A stretch of 32,000 nucleotides of DNA from Candidatus Omnitrophota bacterium. Its GTDB lineage: Bacteria; Omnitrophota; Gorgyraeia; 2-01-FULL-45-10. Of this stretch, positions 17,401 to 23,400 are shown piece after piece; the first letter of the stretch is position 1, and each line of letters begins with the position of its first letter. Both the position numbers and the translations under genes were made by a program. The notes under the pieces were generated by a model. It was not told the DNA's origin. It saw only the letters and a program-made list of their open reading frames with translations, and did no database searches. The stretch is taken from positions 90,001 through 122,000 of the forward strand of contig JAMWCX010000002.1 in NCBI GenBank assembly GCA_023818895.1, given 5' to 3'.

Positions 17401-20400
17401 CATCGGTCGCTATTCCATCGAACTCTTCATTAATGCTGGCTATTATATTCACAGCATGGGAATGCGCTCCGCTGATATCCCCTCTCTCTATATAAGCCCT
17501 GATCAGATTAATCTTGTCCCTGCATATCTTCGCGAATCGCCGAAATGCAACGTATAAGGCCTCCTCCTCAAAACACCTATGCAGATTTGCCCTGTTTATG
17601 GCAAACGCCTTAGCAACTTCAAACCGGCCAGCCTCGTCGAGACCAAAGTCAGAGGCCAGCGCCCTGACAAGCTCTGTCCGTGCGATCTTATCCAAGCGCC
17701 TTATGTATTCTCTATTCGAGTATTTATTCAATACAGCCATGGTGGCGGACAGGTCTTTTAATCTATTCATCCTGAGGACACGTTTTATGTCGTCTACTGC
17801 CGCTATGAGACGGAGCGTGCTTATGGCCTTGAAAGCGCTCTTTTCCATCGACACAAACGCTGCTAGATAACATAACATCTTAAAAGAAGTGGCGCGCGGC
17901 GAACCGCGTATAAGCTGCTTGGCCTTGATGAACGACTCAAAGGTCTCGATAAATGTGTCTTCCTTGAGGTAGCGCCTATTGCCGCCGGCGAGCCTTTCGG
18001 TTTCATATTTATCCCTGAACGATTCCATAAATTCGGCCAGAAGCGCCGCTTCCCCTATCTTATCCTTTAGTATCCCCGCCCAGAACTTAGCCCTGCTGAT
18101 GTGGACGGACTTTTCCTTTTCTGCCGAAGCATTCAGGACGCCTTCCGTTTCACGTATAAGCGGCCACAGAATCGAATCCAAACCCTCCAGGTCTGGCTCA
18201 TTTAGCTGCGACTTGATCCTCCTGTACAGACCATATGCATTATTGCGGGCAGAGCGATAATCTCCCTTATCAAGTAATATATTTATCTTATTCATCCTTG
18301 ATACAAGCTCCTTATTATGGAGAGCCACCATATCCCGATAAGGTTCCACTCGACCGGTCTTTAGGTAATGCAGCATGCTATCGATATTCTCCACCCTAAG
18401 GCCCAAATATCTTTTGGCTATGGGTAAAAGGTGCTTTAAGCTTGCGGTATCTTCCAAATCGATAAGGTCTATGGCTGTTTCAAGCGTTATGCGAGCGAGT
18501 CGCTTTTCCTCCACAATAACACCGGCCAGCCCGTATAGGATATGGCTTATATTTCCTGTATTCACCGCTGATGCGTCTGAAGCGGTGACGGCAATCTCTT
18601 TCGTAACCATATCTATGTAACCGGACATAACATCTCTTTCATCAAGCAAGCTTTCTATCTGATCATCCAGCGACCGACCTACCTGCCAGCGTAAATCGAA
18701 CTTTTTATCGATATATATCGGCACCAATGTCTTCGCCTCCTCGCCCGCGCGTATGTAACTATGCTGCTGTATTACAATCTTGCCATCTTTCTCATAAAAC
18801 CTTACCTTATGCTTTCCAGAAATGATCCTCTTTTTCAATATTTCTTCACGGGCGCCTGACACCGCATTCATGGCTCCTACAAGGGCGGCGTTTGCGGCAG
18901 GCTCATTGTCTTTCGATATCATAGCCAGGGCTTTATCGAATTCTTCCTTCACGCGGCGATGGTACTCTGCCATACGTATATCAGATGGCAGCGCCTTAAG
19001 GCGTTCTTCAAATACCTTTATTTCTTTCAACAATCCATCCACATAATTTAACGTCTCGATTTTCGCAGATACTAACGCATCTTTATCGGAATGCCTTTTT
19101 GCCTTCATCCTCTTCGCCAGCAGCACCAAAAGTCTTAAGTTGGCTTCAAAGAGAGTCTCGAAATAGTCCTTGTAAATAGATTCTGCGCTAACTTTTTCCT
19201 CGAATGTGACAGATGGTCGGCCTAATTCTTCATCGGGTGGTTGCGTTATATGCGGCGTACCTGGTCCCCAGAACTTGTTGGGACGTTCCTTTTCAGTATC
19301 TGACTTTGAGAGGGTACCGGCTGGCAAGGCTGCCAGTCCTTCAATGCGTCTGAGGATATGCTGTGGGACATCCTCATTCTTACCGTCCTCATATGCCCGC
19401 CAAATATTTTCATCCAATCCGAGTCTATCACTTATATCTTTCTCCGAAAGCCTGAGTAACTTTCTTACCAAAACCAACCTCTCGCCCATACTATGGGCTT
19501 TTTCCAGATTTTCGTTGACAAAGTTTTCCGTGGCTTCCCAGAAGGCACCCGCGGCATCTTTGGCCACATCAAGATACTGCTCATGATAAAATTCCCTCAT
19601 CTTATCGTCATCTATTTTATATATCATCAGACGTATGGCTATCAAAACGGGCCTTACATCGTCCCGTATGGCCCACCGTATCCTTTGAGGGTCCTTTGCC
19701 CTCTCTGCGTCATCTATCCTTGCCTCCGCGACCTGCAAGGCATTGTCTATCTCCGCCAAGAGCTCGTCCTGGCTGATCTCTTCTTCCTCAGCATCATCTT
19801 CGAGACTGTCACCGCTTTCAGCCAATACTTCGGTCTCCTCTTCCGATTCCACGCCCTCTTCGCCTATTTCTTCTATCACCTGCTTCAGTTTAGATGACAA
19901 AAGTCCATCAAAGTGACCGGGACGTTTTTCATTCCTCAAATACGACGGGTAGTTTTCCGCAAATATGGCCTCCTGTATCATTCGCGCCTTCTCATGGCCG
20001 ACATGCGGACAGATGATTTCATGGAAGAGATACTCCTCGAGGCAAGAATCGCTTTTCTCTAGTACATTAAGGACTTCTATTGCAAGACCTATAGTTCTGG
20101 GATATCTTTCTCTGAGCAGTTGCTGGAGGTTGTTCAGGCAGGCATCGTTAACAACTTTATCGGGCGCCCTCGGCATTGTGTTAAATCCGAGCAGCCATCC
20201 CTTCCCGCCCTCTCTGTAGGCCGGACCCGATAGCACCACAGCCCTAAATTTTACCACGTCCATGTCTCCAGCTTCTTTTATACGGTTCGACAACTCTTTC
20301 CTGAGACTTAAAGGTAGGTTCGAACTTTCTATCCTCTTCAATATGCCTTTTATCCTTTCGGAAAATTGTGTACGAAAACTGGCGGAAGGCAACTTTTGTT

Positions 20401-23400
20401 GGGGGCTGGTGATTAGCGCTTCGTAAAGGGCCTTTGGATCTCCCCGCGCAATCTGGCCGTAGTCAGCGGTTTTATAAATTGGTATGCTTACAACAAATCT
20501 TTCACCATTTATGGTCACTTCCCTGCGGTCGGTTCCCGCAAGCGCTGAACTCGGAACAAGCTCATCGTCTCTCAGCTTCCTGACAGTTATAAGGTACATT
20601 GATATATCATCTGATGCGACATTAGTAAAAGGAGTGAGCGATGAGACCGCCATGCCGCTTCTATTAAGCTTTTCTATTATATTGTGATAATGGCTTAATA
20701 GATCGCCTGTTTTTGGTACCATTATGGTCGCAATAAGGGCGCCGCCTGTTTTTAGCTGGTTATAAAAATTGGCGATGGCGCGTATAGGGTCATCAGCATA
20801 CTGAAGAGTAAAGAAAGATGTTATAAGATCCGCTTTCTCAAGAGGCCTGAAAACGGCGGGGTCGCATACATCTCCATTTATAAACTTATACCTGCCTTCC
20901 TTCTCCAGGGTATTTCTTTTCTCGGAAAAAGAGCGCCATTCCTCTTCGTCCAAAGAAGAATCTTTTCTATCCCACCTATTTATATCTATACCGTATGACT
21001 TAAGATGCGGATTTATCCATGAGGCCTCAACAGCCGCCCTGCCTATGCCGCATCCGGCGTCGATATAAACCAGCCCGCCCGACATCACCTGAGAAAAAAC
21101 CTCTACCATAGACATCTGGGCGAGGAAACTTTGATAATCCGAAAGGCCTCTTGATATATTTATCACCGTCTTATTATTTGATCCTGCCCTAATGGGCTGC
21201 GACCCGCTAAAATCGGGTAAGACTCGGTACCACCTATCCTGTGCTTTCTCACCGCCTTCCTCATCCTCCCTTGAAAGGAGAGCCATTCCCAACGCGGATA
21301 TGGCGAAAACACTCCAACTATCAAGCAGGCTTATAGTAAGGCCGGCTTTCAAAAAGAGAGGCGCTATAATAAAGGCGACGGTCGATGTGGCCGCTCCGAG
21401 GATCAACATAAATGATATGTTATCTGAAAATCCATCTTTGCGGGAATCCAACGCTATTTTTCGAGGCTCATCCGAAGGCTCTATGGAAGCTTCCCAGTCA
21501 AGTATAAAGCGATTATGGACCTTGTGATATACTATTTTGTTTATTCGGGCATATTGCTCCGCTCTTGAGATCGCGAATTTGATACTGCTGGAGATCACAT
21601 CTTGTTCCGCAACGTTCAACATACCGCGATCCTTGAAAATACTAAAAACTGTGCTTAGGTTTCTTATATCCTGAATTACGGCATTCAGCTCGTTTTCCGA
21701 AAGTCCTACCGACATTAACTCATCGCAAGTTTCAGATATATCGTTTACCTTGCTCAATATCTTCTCATAATCCGAGGGGGTGATCGGCTTTGGGAATGCC
21801 TCCCACATGGCCTTAAGTTCCAGACAACCTTTCTTAAGACGGCCCGCCCACTCCTTCAGCCTCTCTATAGTCAAGCGCTTCTCTTTTTCGAAAAGCGGAG
21901 AGGCCAATAGATACCACAAGTCGTTCAAAATTTTAGTGTACCATCTCTCTCTGAAGCCGGAAAGCAGCTTATCATAATCGTCCACTATCTCCTCAACGCC
22001 TCTGACCTCTATGGACTTTTCTCCGTATAGCTTTCTTCTCGTCACGCTCTCCAAAGACATGCCTTTTGTTTTCTCGTTTTCAGTCCTGGCTACGAGGACC
22101 GTCTCAGGTTCAGGATCAAAACCAAACCGGCCAATCGCATCTACCGAAAGCAAAAGAAGGTTGCCTTCCTTGTCAAGTATCCTGATCTGGCCTAAACGTT
22201 GCGAATCTTTGGTAAAACTGGAAAGCGATATCACCGTATTCACCCCCAGCTCTATGCGCCTTAACTGCCTCTCTTTATCACCACCTTCCGCAACGGCTAT
22301 ACCGCCGAGCTCTGGTGTGCCAAAAGGTGTTATAGCCCACTCTTCTTTGGTACGAGGATTCAACAAACCGAATATCTTAGGAAGCGGCCGTGTATCCTCT
22401 TTAAGCCTTTGCGAAAGATGCTCAAACACCACATCAAGCGGCTCATCGGGCCCTGTATTTAACAATTCTTCGATGTTATTTAAAATCTTTTGCTTAGTAA
22501 TCTTTTCGCCAAAACCATTTATACCGTTACTCTTTTTTATTTTATCAGCATCCCTTTCTCTTTGCACAATGGCCCTTATGGCATTTATGCGGTCCTCTCT
22601 TTTTACACCATTATCCTCACCAGCTGTCTCCATAAGAAGCCAAATCTCTTTCATAAGCTTCAAAAGCCATAAGCCCAAGAGAGTCTTCTGCCTGAATTCA
22701 TTCTCCATGGCATCAAGCGCCTCTATCCCTCTAAGGCCGCGCCATTTCAGGTTCTCCGGAACAGCTCCCGCTATATAAATATTATGGTGCTTATCTTCCG
22801 CGTACACGAACCTCATATTCTCAACTATAAATTCCGCCGTATCCAATAGCTTCGGGTGAAAACGATACCAAAGCTGCCACTGACTGTCGATGGTCGTTGA
22901 ATGTCTATTAGACATCTTTATCAGCATATCTTCAAAATGCTTGGCCTCCTCTATATCTTTTCGCAGCCTGGGAGGCGTGTTGTCGTCCACCGTCATTCTC
23001 GCCAGGGCCTTAAGGGATTTTAAAACGTTAGGCCCACCCAGGATCGGATTCGAAAGCCACGTAAAAGTTAATCTATCGTCACCGAGCATGGCCTGCAGGA
23101 AAATATGCTCGGTCTTACCCATTATCATCGATAGGCGCGGCAGCTTGCCAGAATCGATGTGTTCCCTTAGGAGATCTATGGCCTCAAGGCCATATTCTTC
23201 CTTGGTGCGCCCTATATAATCACCTATAAACTGAAGAGTTCTGTAGCCATTTTTATGAAGCCAGTCGAGAACCACCTTCAGCCTTACAACATTTCCGTGA
23301 ACCTCAGAGACTACCGCTTCGCGCTCAACATCGGCTGTTCTTATGTGCTCTAACCGCCTTCTGTTAAATTTCATCAGACTTTTAAGGCGAGTGATGTCAT

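Noticed and set aside
17117-19270. Reading the QPPD in WGPGTPHITQPPD as an N6-methyltransferase (D/N)PP(Y/F/W) catalytic motif IV
   Set aside because: The residue order is wrong (Q-P-P-D rather than D/N-P-P-aromatic). Copy 1 is not near any methyltransferase motif I, and copy 2 lies upstream of motif I rather than downstream.
22011-22778. 255-aa plus-strand ORF inside the giant gene, along with the many 60-130-aa plus-strand ORFs between 14453 and 24958
   Set aside because: They are antisense shadows of the 10.5-kb minus-strand ORF. The translations are Ser/Pro/Leu/Phe-rich low-complexity sequence without motifs. None has a visible ribosome-binding site or promoter.
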